A DNA stretch of 64,000 nucleotides from Octopus vulgaris. Its lineage: Eukaryota. Positions 52,528 to 64,000 of the stretch are shown one piece after another. Positions within the stretch are counted from its first letter, which is position 1, and each line of letters starts with the position of its first letter. The position numbers and the translations under genes were made by a program. Where the stretch lies: positions 620,001 through 684,000 of the forward strand of contig OX597818.1 in assembly GCA_951406725.2 (NCBI GenBank), given 5' to 3'. The notes below the pieces were generated by a model, which saw only the letters and a program-made list of their open reading frames with translations, was not told the origin of the DNA and ran no database searches.

Positions 52528-53835
52528 GATCTTTTCTGTTGTAACAGTTTTTGCAATTTTAAAATTGACTGAAAAATTTCAAACTTGGTATACTGATGTA
52601 ATTGTTCATGCTGAATCTGATTTTATTATTCAAATCTTTCAGAAAAGTTTTAGAAAAATGTTAGAGCTTTAAAAAAACAGGATTTAGAAGCTGGTATTTT
52701 CTCCATGATACCTGTCTATCACAAAATGGTCAACAATGAAAGTTGTAAGAGGTTTTGAAATTTTGATAAGTTTTAACCAATAAAGTCATCATGCGAAACA
52801 GTAGAACGGACATGTTAATGATTCAAAAAGCAAAAACCTCACTGAAATTATATTTTTTGCAAAAAAAATTACTGTATGTTATACTACTGTAGTAATAGTT
52901 CAATTGATGGAAAAAAATACATTTTTGGTAATGAAAATTTAAAAATGAAAGTTTGAGATACACTCTAGGAGTTTCTCAAACAAATTACAACTTTCATATC
53001 TCCTGCACCACATAAACTTGCAGAGATATGGGTCAACCATGGAACAGTGGGTCCCACAGCTTCATTTATTCCTTTGTTTTACACAGTCCCATCCATATGC
53101 ATTTGTTGTGTGCAGGTACCACCTTGAGTTAATAAACTTAATGCTGTGGTTCACCATTCTATGTCGAAAATTATAACCTCTAATTCCAGGAATGTGAGAT
53201 CTGGCCTTCTACAGGTCGATAAATATTGTGATCCTTGAGAGAATTAACTGGTATATGCATGCTTCTAGTGTGTCACAATTCCGGCATAGCACCACATAAA
53301 GAAAGAGTCTAGTCTCACGATACACTCCCCAGAAAATTCACTGCTCGGGTATTTATGACTTGAGAAGACTGTTTCATCTATCACAACAATCTTCCCAGGA
53401 CTGCCTATCTGAAATGAGTTGCAGAGCAGGTCCTCAGCACATATATCATGAACGTAGCTGTAGAAATCAACAGCTGTGCATCACCAGTTCTTCAACAGAA
53501 ATCTGAACTGAAATCAATTCCTTGACGATGAGTACAGTCCTAAGAGGAAAGGTGCCACCTTCCAATCATGTACCTTTTCTGATTGACACACATTCATTGC
53601 ATCCTTTTCAAGAGTAGGCTACAGCTCAGCTTGTTTCTATGGAAACACCAATGTATCTGTGGCTTTCAACTAGCTAAAATTACAAAAAAAATTGCAAAAT
53701 TTAAAAGCTATTAATGTTTTATTAATTTATGGCAAAATTTAATTTCATTTCCATAATTAGCATATAGAACTATATCATTACACCAAATTTGAAAACAATT
53801 GGAACAAAATTACTATGACAGTAACAGAACAGATT
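52528..53835 (-). mobile_element. Decayed Merlin (IS1595/ISXO2-related) DNA transposon
   Basis: Minus translation at about 53120-53480: 'TAVDFYSYVHDIC..IGSPGKIVVIDETVFSSHKY', 'RNCDTLEACI..ITIFIDL*KA..GYNFRHRMVNHSIKF'; degenerate inverted termini (atct.ttctgtt..ttcaaa.ttggt.ta.tgat). Confidence 0.75.
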
Positions 53836-54799
53836 ACATCAGTATGAATCAGAAGAATTGAAATAAAATTTGAAGATTATAAAGCCTCACTGCCAGTTAT
53901 ATAAGAATGTAAAATATATTCCTTCTATAATAAAATGAACACAAATGGGGTTTTAAATTTATGACAGCTGTTTCAGTAAAATTTTATTGATGTAGTCATC
54001 ATCCTCAGGTAAAATTTGAAACAGTTAAAATGTTGAACAGGTGAGATAATACATTAATCACAACAAATTCAACCAATTCTGTTGGATGAGTAGTATTTTG
54101 AAAACTAACATTCCAATTTATAAAAATATTAGATAGATGTACTGAAAGAGATCAAATAACTATATTATTTCAAATCACTATCTAAATTAGTTTACAGCTA
54201 ATATTGACATTGAGACAGTACAATAATCACAGACAATGTTGACATGAGTTGTCGTTAAAACCAAGTAGCATCATCATCATCATAAACGATGATGATGATG
54301 ATGATGATTATCTTGTCAGTTAAGTGAGATGGAGAAAAACAAAAACTTCAGCAGAAAGCCATAGAATTGTCATCACCTTTTTGCCTAGTTCCATCCAGCT
54401 TAAATACCATAGGTATACAGGTATTTACACTCATAGTTCTACACACATACATAAACGCACATATACGCATTCACACACACACTATGTTTGTGTGTGTGTT
54501 TGTCTGGAAGAACATATATGCATGCATGTGTTTTTATCTGGTGTATACATGTGTATGTACATACATATGCATACTTTTGGTATTTATGTGTGAGTATGAC
54601 AAATGCATGCTACAACAGTTACAACAACATTGCTTGGGTACGAAGGGGTATTGGTGTTGGATTGAGGTCTTGTGGTGTGAGGAAGAAGTATACATACATA
54701 CATACATGTGTGTGTGTTTGTGCTGGCATATATGGAGGTGAACAGGGGGGGGGATACAGGGTATGCATAAAGCTGAGAGGTCAGCCTGTGATCTGCATA

Positions 54800-55232
54800 G
54801 GCATCAGTGACTAGGAACCCTGTCCTTGGTGGTGGGGTAGCCAGTGTTGAAGTGTGGCCAATGTTAAAATGGCATATCTAGGTTGTTGGCAGCCAGTGAT
54901 TTGAAGTTCATCCAGAGAGTGTACCTCTGATGGCAGCAATAAGCTAGTTTGTATTTCCTGTTGATAAATGCTGCAGGATAATGGAGAATGTACATTCTCT
55001 TGCTGAGGCAGAGTCAGCAATTGTGGGTGCTGGGTGAGGCCATGTTGATGATGGTTGGGTGCTTCATTCCAGAGGTCACAAAGTCTCCAGAGAAAACAAG
55101 TCAAAAAGGTGGAATTCTCTCTATCCCTGCATGTAAGGGAATGCATATGCTGAAGTATTTTATGTAATGCATTCATGGATAGTTGATAGGTTGGATGTGA
55201 TGCTGATGGAATCGCAATAACTCTTGAAATAT
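54800..55232 (-). mobile_element. Decayed PLE endonuclease remnant
   Basis: 'QHMHSLTCRDRENSTFLTCFLWRLCD' and a C*LCL.K segment; similar to 3540-3950 and 941-1144. Confidence 0.6.
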
Positions 55233-56949
55233 ACATATATGCCCATTACCTATTTTTTCTAACATCGATCACCTTGTTTACACAGATGCATTTGTAAATG
55301 AAATGTCATAACTTGCAGTGCTGGCATTGAATTCTATAGAATATCTATAGAAATAAACTTGAAAACGAGAACATTGCACAGCTAACACAAAAGTAAAACA
55401 CACTGACTTGTAAACATTTAATATACTTGGTAATGTATAAGGTTGCAAAACAAAACACTGTTCTTGCTAACAATTAATAAAGGATCATTGTTATATCTTC
55501 TTTGTGCTTACCAACTTCTCACCAACATTTAAATCGATTAAATAAAAAAATGTAAATTCATTAATATGTAAGGAGGAAATTAGGAAAAAGCCTGACAAAC
55601 CAGCAATATTTCTGTTGGTAAACAAGTCACTTTACACCTATGTTTTGTTGCCAAACTATCCAACTGTACAACAGATACTAGTTCCATATCAAGTTAAAGT
55701 GTTTAGCATCATGAAAGGAATGTGTTGACTCATTCACGTCATGGTATTGGTAAGAAAAAAAAAACTATGTAATAAAGTAAGAAGCAGTCAGAATTTCCAT
55801 TCTCATAACACTTTCATAGATGCTACACTAAAACATGTGTGTCTATGTGTAATATATAGAAGTATCAGCTGCCATTTGAACAGTGGCTTCTACATTTAAT
55901 CAGATAAATTCAATTGCCACAGTAACTTCCCGAGTGAACTGACAATAAAAATATGCTTCATAGAAACTTAATGAAAAACCCTGTGTGAAGAAAATGTGAA
56001 GGCTTCAGATCAGTTTTATTGATAATAGTAAAAATATCTGCAATTATAAAGGAAAGTCATATAAGATTAGAAATTGTTCTGATTAATATTATTATTAGGT
56101 TGATGGGTTGGCAAAGCAGAACATTGTCTTTAGCTGTATCTGCATTGTCTTTTGAGAAGTAGCAAGGTGACAGAATCACTAATGTGTCAGACAAAATGCT
56201 TAGCAGCATTTCACCCACCTTTATGTTCTGAGTTCATTTTTCACCCAGGTCAACTTTGCCTTACATCTTCTTTGGGTTGATAAAATAAGTACCAATAAAG
56301 TACTGGGGTTGATGTAATTATAATTAACTAATCCCTCACCCAAATTGCAGGCCTTCACAATGAGAAACAAAAAGAAAAAAAACAAGCTTATTTTTAACAC
56401 AAATTGTTCACAAGGCAGAATGTTTCAACAAAGAATATTTGAAAACCAATTCTATCAACAACAATAACACACAGCTTGAAGTGGAACAGACTAGAAAAGT
56501 GTGAACAGCAACAACAGCAATATCAAAAACAACAATAACAACACATTTCAGGAGAAAATTTTCAACATAGAAAATGAAACCACATCCTCCACTACAAATA
56601 ACAACAATAGCAACAACAAGAAATCCAACACATCTTTTACCAAAATGATTGCAGAGATGGGTGGAGCACTCCTTCAACAGTGATTTTGGTAAAAAATTTC
56701 TGAAAATGCCTAGCAAAACCAGGTGAAAAAGATCAGATTACAAAAAGAACTGTGATCTATCATTGTGCTAATAAAAAGACCAAGCAGAAAAATACCTGAA
56801 AAATGTCTGGGTTCCAGTTTCACACATCAAGAGAGAGAGAGATTTTGGATCTCTCATTGCTATATGCTACAGCAAAAAGCAGTGATGAAGATGGCCTTGC
56901 ACACTTGCTCCTCAGATAAACATATTTTCATCCTATCTTATCAGGAGAG

Positions 56950-58180
56950 ATGAGCAAATAAGATTACTTTTTTCAAATGTGCCTCTGGAGCTTAACATCC
57001 AGTATTTTGGAATGGTACTAGATGAGTATAGTGATATTTTAACTTTAAAATTCACCCTGACTAGTGGTCTGTATGGAAGTGGAAATGCTGTTGACTGTAG
57101 AAAACTTCCATAATTTACATGGAAGGTGTGAAACCCATAAGAATTGTGGTTGAAGGCAGAAAGGCTAAGTGTTACACCAGTGGAAGTACAACCCATTAAA
57201 AGGCTTTCTGCCCTCAAAGAAACTGAAACCATCCTTGTTGACAACTCCACAATTGCATCTGCAACAACCCCATGAGCAGGTGAGGACCCTTACACCCAAA
57301 CCTTGGCAGCAGAGAAGTCCCCGCCCCTGCTCCCACTGAAGAGGATGCTCTCCCCAAACTTCTTGCTTCACAAACCAACAATGACTCAAATTCCTCTTTT
57401 GGCCAGATTTCTCCATCTCCCACTGATTTCTTGGTGTTGACTTGGAGAAGAAAGATCAGGCCAAAAGATGGTAAACAGTTTCCAAAAAATCAAAGTGGAA
57501 AAGGAGGAGGGTATGGTGCCCCTCTCAGAGAACTCAAAAAAAAAAACCCCAACTACAAACACAAAAACCACATCTACAGCCCACTTCACAACCATTCAAA
57601 CAATAACAGCAACATTATCATCAACAACAGCATTGAGAGTGGACAGTGGTGTAGCAATGCTATTCTGGGAATCATTAGACCTCAAGGTATGAGCAATCTT
57701 CTTTGACCTGGACAGTAAGGTGATGCTGGACATGGATGGCAACAATAGTGGTGCCTTCACACTGGTGACTATTTGTGTCCCAACAGAGGCTGGAAGGCCA
57801 GATTTCTTCAGGCATCTAGAAACATTCCTGGAAATGTCTCACATTTTAGTACTAGTGGTGGACTGGAATGTTGGATGTATGGAAGGACTGTGTGGGTCTA
57901 GTATATAACAGAAGCAGGTGTAAAAATCTTGTAAACATGCTTAGAAACTTCTAGCTGTTTGACAGGTACTGACTAGATTTCCCTGATATGCCAGTGTGGA
58001 CATGGAGCAACCACAACAGGTCAACCAGATCGTATCTAGATAGAGCTTGTTAGGTCAGTGGATGGGGAAAGCATAGGTTGTCCACAATTCAAATTAGTTG
58101 GCTACACAGGCCACAAATTTGTGATCTGCAGTCAATTTAGATAGGATTTGTATACAGAGTCAGGGTTACTGGAAGTTGAA
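56950..58180 (+). mobile_element. Decayed L1/Tx1-clade LINE (ORF1 remnant and AP-endonuclease remnant)
   Basis: Fragments 'FSNVP', 'VLVVDWN', 'WTWSNHNRSTRSYLDR', 'GHKFV' (DHK-like) and 'GYWKL'. Confidence 0.7.
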
Positions 58181-59744
58181 AAATTGCTGTCATATATGGG
58201 ATGGATTCATCTATCAGCCAAGTCCATAGTAATTATTGCCCTGCTGCCCACCTTTAATCAAGCAGTTTTCCTTTGCCTGGTGGTTTTAGCAAAAGAAGTT
58301 GTCTAGTAGGGTTGAAAGGCATGAGGACAAACATTCCTCTTAGGTAGAGTCCTCATCGACTTTTTCAAGTTTCATTTGAAAAGGAAAGTGGGGGTGAAGA
58401 GGGAGTTGCTGTTCTCAGGTGAATTTATCAAAAGGTGGATGAAAGTTGCAAAAATAGCAAGAGTGGATGGTACTGCTCTGTGAGTCAGAGAAGAGGAATT
58501 GGAGAGGATTCCATCAAGATCTCTCTGGACCCCACATATTTGTCACTGTGCTGTCCCCCTCATCCTTCATCCTGGTGGCAAGTAAAAGAAATTATCATTA
58601 TTATTATTAGTAGTAGTAGTTTTTCATGTTTGTTTTATTCTATTTCCATTTGTTAAAAGTTCTACATTGGCTATGATTGAAACTATAAAAATATTAACCC
58701 AGTGCACTGACATATACTGAGAGAGGGTATAATATCAAAATTCAAAGGGTCATTACACACCCATTGAAGAGCTCATTATATCTAATGAGAATTAATTTCT
58801 GCAGTGGATTATAATATACATATTTAGAGTGATATCATCCTCCCTTGAATATGTATAACTCCTTAATCCTTTTAATATCAACCTGCCTGAGATCACCCTG
58901 ATTTTCTGATACACACTTCCTGCTTTGAAATTGTCTAAATTAAAACCTTACATCAAACTTTCACATTCATTTATTCTCCAAGCACTGGCTTAATTATGAA
59001 GTAATTGAAACAAAGACTATACGTGTACAGAATATGGTAACAAAAGGGTTACATATATATATATCACAACCCCTTAAATATATATTTAGTGTAACACTTT
59101 GTATTCACATAGGTTATAATTATACATAATCACGGAGTTATTAACATATCTTAGTTTCAGAGAATAAACAAATCTGAAGTTGTGTGTCCCCCACAAAAGA
59201 AGGAGTTATAAACAGATACAAATATAACGGAAACAATTCTCGAATATAATGGAAAAATATTTTTCAAGCAAGTCTTGTTTTTTGTTTTTTTTTTTTAGTT
59301 AATTTGCATTATAAGACACCTAGTTCTTAATCACTCAGATAAGTGCCTGTATTAGGAGCTGGCAAATACAATTCCCTAGCACCACAATATTTAGGTTCAT
59401 TCTAACTGATATATCTGACTATAAAAGGTGAATGAGAAACAGGACTAACATCAAACTAGGTCACCACTTTTATGTAAGTTACTATCAATAGTAAAAATGT
59501 TAATATTAGTTTCAAATTCATTTAAAGGAAGAATAAAAAAAAAGCCTTTTACACGTTCTTTTCACTCAGCTCACCTTTATTTGTTCAAGAGTTTCAAAAT
59601 TAATATGCAAATGAGCAGCTGACTTTAAACAAATTCACAAAGCTTTTGACTTACTAATAATAGTCTGAGAATAAGAAAGTAACAATTCACAGAATCAAGC
59701 AAAACAAAATATTCAGACTATCTTAAAAATATAAATATATATAT

Positions 59745-59822
<78 letters not shown>

Positions 59823-60100
59823 TTAATAAGGGTGAGAGAATTAGATACTAATTTAATAGTATATTTATTCCACACCAAGTGGCCTAGTGCTACGAGAAAC
59901 CTGGATTATTATAATATTTTATAACATATTATAATATTTTCACAAAATAAATATAAGAGAGTGTTCACTATATTGATCACTCTAGCACCAGTTAATCCAA
60001 GAGGTTTCAACCACGAAAAATACATGTTTCCCATGAAAGCCGGTACGACTGTTAGCTCACACGGACAGGGCAAATAAAAAATAACAAAAATACAGATTAT

Positions 60101-60178
60101 CTTGGGACAATTGTTTCGCTATTAATGAATTAAATGTAATATTACTTACAGTAATCCATTTGTAGCTCTTCAGCCAAG
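60101..60178 (-). ncRNA. Type I hammerhead ribozyme motif (inverted copy)
   Basis: Reverse complement: cttgg-CTGAAGA-gcta..tagc-GAAA-caattg-TC-ccaag. Confidence 0.88.
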
Positions 60179-60240
60179 GCTATCTTGATGAAATCCACTC
60201 AATCACACGCCAGATTTTACCATAACGATAATTACGATAA

Positions 60241-60316
60241 TTGGCTGAAGAGCTACAAATGGATTACTGTAAGTAATATTACATTTAATTCATTAATAGC
60301 GAAACAATTGTCCCAA
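60241..60316 (+). ncRNA. Type I hammerhead ribozyme motif, copy 1 (stem I shortened by the inversion junction)
   Basis: ttgg-CTGAAGA-gcta-[41 nt]-tagc-GAAA-caattg-TC-ccaa; GUC at 60310-60312. Confidence 0.85.
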
Positions 60317-60774
60317 GATAATCTGTATTTTTGTTATTTTTTATTTGCCCTGTCCGTGTGAGCTAACAGTCGTACCGGCTTTCATGGGAAACATGTATTT
60401 TTCGTGGTTGAAACCTCTTGGATTAACTGGTGCTAGAGTGATCAATATAGTGAACACTCTCTTATATTTATTTTGTGAAAATATTATAATATGTTATAAA
60501 ATATTATAATAATCCAGGTTTCTCGTAGCACTAGGCCACTTGGTGTGGAATAAATATACTATTAAATTAGTATCTAATTCTCTCACCCTTATTAATTAAT
60601 TATAATTATGCTGCATTTATTTCTAAATGCTGTATTTTGTTTTCCGTGAGAGTTTGGCGCGCTGTTGGTTGGGGCATTTGAATTATAACGTCCGATGTAA
60701 TCAATTGAACCGCACGCGTAATTATCGTTATGGTAAAATCTGGCGTGTGATTGAGTGGATTTCATCAAGATAGC

Positions 60775-60852
60775 CTTGGCTGAAGAGCTACAAATGGATT
60801 ACTGTAAGTAATATTACATTTAATTCATTAATAGCGAAACAATTGTCCCAAG
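60775..60852 (+). ncRNA. Type I hammerhead ribozyme motif, copy 2
   Basis: cttgg-CTGAAGA-gcta..tagc-GAAA-caattg-TC-ccaag; predicted cleavage after 60847. Confidence 0.9.
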
Positions 60853-61309
60853 ATAATCTGTATTTTTGTTATTTTTTATTTGCCCTGTCCGTGTGAGCTA
60901 GCAGTCGTACCGGCTTTCATGGGAAACATGTATTTTTCGTGGTTGAAACCTCTTGGATTAACTGGTGCTAGAGTGATCAATATAGTGAACACTCTCTTAT
61001 ATTTATTTTGTGAAAATATTATAATATGTTATAAAATATTATAATAATCCAGGTTTCTCGTAGCACTAGGCCACTTGGTGTGGAATAAATATACTATTAA
61101 ATTAGTATCTAATTCTCTCACCCTTATTAATTAATTATAATTATGCTGCATTTATTTCTAAATGCTGTATTTTGTTTTCCGTGAGAGTTTGGCGCGCTGT
61201 TGGTTGGGGCATTTGAATTATAACGTCCGATGTAATCAATTGAACCGCACGCGTAATTATCGTTATGGTAAAATCTGGCGTGTGATTGAGTGGATTTCAT
61301 CAAGATAGC

Positions 61310-61387
61310 CTTGGCTGAAGAGCTACAAATGGATTACTGTAAGTAATATTACATTTAATTCATTAATAGCGAAACAATTGTCCCAAG
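61310..61387 (+). ncRNA. Type I hammerhead ribozyme motif, copy 3
   Basis: Same sequence as copy 2; predicted cleavage after 61382. Confidence 0.9.
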
Positions 61388-61546
61388 ATAATCTGTATTT
61401 TTGTTATTTTTTATTTGCCCTGTCCGTGTGAGCTAACAGTCGTACCGGCTTTCATGGGAAACATGTATTTTTCGTGGTTGAAACCTCTTGGATTAACTGG
61501 TGCTAGAGTGATCAATATAGTGAACACTCTCTTATATTTATTATAT

Positions 61547-61618
<72 letters not shown>

Positions 61619-64000
61619 CCTGCTTCTTGTCAAAACAATTTATAATCATGTCTCTTGACATGATTATTTATAATTTATAATCATGTCTCTTGCAGCAAAC
61701 AACACTTTGTACAGGATTAACTAAACAGTAAAAATATACAAATTTAGCCATCTAATCTTATAGCAAAAACAAAACCACTATTATTACTACTGTAACAAGA
61801 GTAATTCTTTCTAATTTTTGCATAAGGCCAGCAATTTTGGGAGAAATGGGCAAGTTGATCACATCAACCCCAATATTTGACTGGTACTTTAATCTTGGCA
61901 GTATTAGAATTCAAAACATAAAGAGTCAAAAGAAATGCCGCCGAGCATTTTTGTTCAATACAATAGTGGTTCTGCCAGCTTATCACAATAATAATAGTTT
62001 CTCACTTTGGCACAAATTTGTAGGACCATAGTAAATTATAGTCAAGTGAATAAAATTGAGAGTATAACTAGTACTTAATGCAAAACAAGTCAACTTGAAA
62101 AGTGTAACTGCAAAGCATTTAGTTCACCACTTCATTCCTCACTACCATCACTAATAATAACATCCTACAGAGACACAGGCCCTATTTATTTGATATTCAT
62201 GGCTTACTCATTCACCCAAGAAAGGTGTCATTATAATTGAACAACTAGCAGTAGTCAGCTGAAAATAAATATTTCAATGTTGTTAGTTATTCAAGGCAAT
62301 GCTGGGGTAAATAAACTGTATTTATATCCAGAAAAAGAAAATTCATCTCAAGAAACAGGAGTGGATATTTTAAGGTGGAAGGAAAAAAAGGAAGGAAAGA
62401 TGGGTAGGCTATATCAGTTATCTCCGTTCATGTTTTGTCATGAAACTGCAAAGTAAAAGAAATGGAAACTGGAGAACAAAGAGGAGAGATTACAATCTTT
62501 AATATTTAACTGTACCAAGTGAGACGCAGCCACACATCAGTAAAACTATGTATGGACAGGCCAGAGAGAAAGCATGCATAAATGCATGCACGCACACACA
62601 CACACAATACAACTACAAACTGTTAAAAAAAGGTCAGACAGCTACTGTGTGTTTGTGTATGCTTGTGTTTATTACACACTCTCACTAGAATAAATACCAA
62701 CCAGTTCTATGACTCCATACAAAAAAGTGCTTGGGACTGCAGAAATTCTGTTTCCATTTATATTTTCTTGTTTCTCACTTGATCTTCATCACAGGAAATA
62801 CAATATTTTACAAATATTTTTCAAGTGACCAACTCACTCACTCTCTCACTTCCTATACATATATGCCTCCCGCCCACACACACATACATATGCAGGCAAG
62901 GATGTATACAGGCATGTCTGTGTGGTTCAAAGTTTGCTTCCCAATAACATGGCTTTAGGTTCAGACTCACTGTATGGCACTTTGGGCAAGTGCCTTCTAC
63001 TTTAGCCCTGGGCTGGCCCAAAACTCCTTGTGAGTGGATTTGGTAGACAGAAAATGAAAGATGCCCGTTGTATATGTGCATGTGTACACACATGCACATA
63101 TGCACCAAGCATCTATGACTTGTAAATGACAGTCACCATCATACAAACAATGACATTTATTTCCCATCTTCTGCAAAAACATGTTTAGCAATGAGGAAAT
63201 ATTACCATGCTTAGAAACAAGTGAGAATTGGTAACAGGTGGGGCATCTGGCTCTAGAAAACCTGCTGCAACAATTTCCATCTGATCCAATCAAGTATAGA
63301 AGAGTGGACTTCTATGCTTGATTGGATGACATGCACACACATACATAAACAAAAACACATACATACATATACACACAAACATATGCATACATACATTTCA
63401 ACCCAAACACATACATACCCACACATATGCTTTTGATTGTATATTTATAAACTTAGTGTAAACTAACGGAGCAGTTAAGAAGCATTACATGCTCCTCCTA
63501 GAGATGTAGCATCTTGGATTAAACATTAAGTTTTTTTTTTTTTAGTGATTTGTCATGTCATTTGGTACGGTGCAGAGCAAGGACAACAAATTAGGGACAG
63601 TTATAAAAGAGTGACTACCTGACTACTTCAACACTTTAGTTACTAATTAAAGAGACAAGAGAACAACTCACTGAAACCAAGCATGGTTCTGGAATTATAA
63701 GGAATTTATAATATTTAGGTTTGTATGGAATAACTGAGTCTTTTTCAGTTCTATTTCATAAACAATAGTTGTAGCTCTGAAACTTTTTAGTAATTGCAGC
63801 ATGGATGACATACATCAGCCATTCAAAAGTACAAAAAAGAAAAACTAAACTTCATTTAATCATTTACTGTTCCATGTCAAAATTTTCATCACACTATTTG
63901 CGACCTGATCACTGACACAGTTCCACTGCAGCTGACCAGCTTACAGTTAGTTCCACAAAAATTTTGACATGAAATAATAAAGGATTAAGTGAAGTTAATG

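Larger units (their letters stand above)
59818..61542. mobile_element. ORF-less hammerhead tandem array: about 2.4 direct 535-bp units (+) and one divergent partial unit (-), inside (TA)n
   Basis: Units start at 60241, 60776 and 61311; the inverted copy spans 59818-60236; TA tracts lie at about 59735-59817 and 61543-61616. Confidence 0.93.

Noticed and set aside
60901-60901. A>G difference in unit 2 as a fixed A-to-I edit
   Set aside because: A single substitution cannot be told apart from RT error, mutation or sequencing error.

Overview
AT-rich, microsatellite-dense eukaryotic DNA with no confidently identifiable host gene. The SINE and LINE-tail families resemble those of octopod cephalopods (inference). 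The window is a nest of mobile elements: Penelope-like retroelements (PLEs) of two structural types, RTE LINEs, an L1/Tx1 remnant, tRNA-derived SINEs, two abutting Helitrons, a Merlin transposase remnant, TTAA-type MITEs and a young non-autonomous LTR element (615-bp LTRs, tRNA-Trp PBS, AAGT TSD). The most striking structure is at 59818-61542: an ORF-less 535-bp tandem repeat with a type I hammerhead ribozyme motif in every unit, plus a divergent inverted copy that forms a 360-bp inverted repeat, all inside a (TA)n tract. It looks like a retrozyme or PLE pseudo-LTR array that could make circular RNA. At least three other hammerhead sequence families occur elsewhere in the window. Everything was read by eye, and the ends of degenerate elements are approximate.
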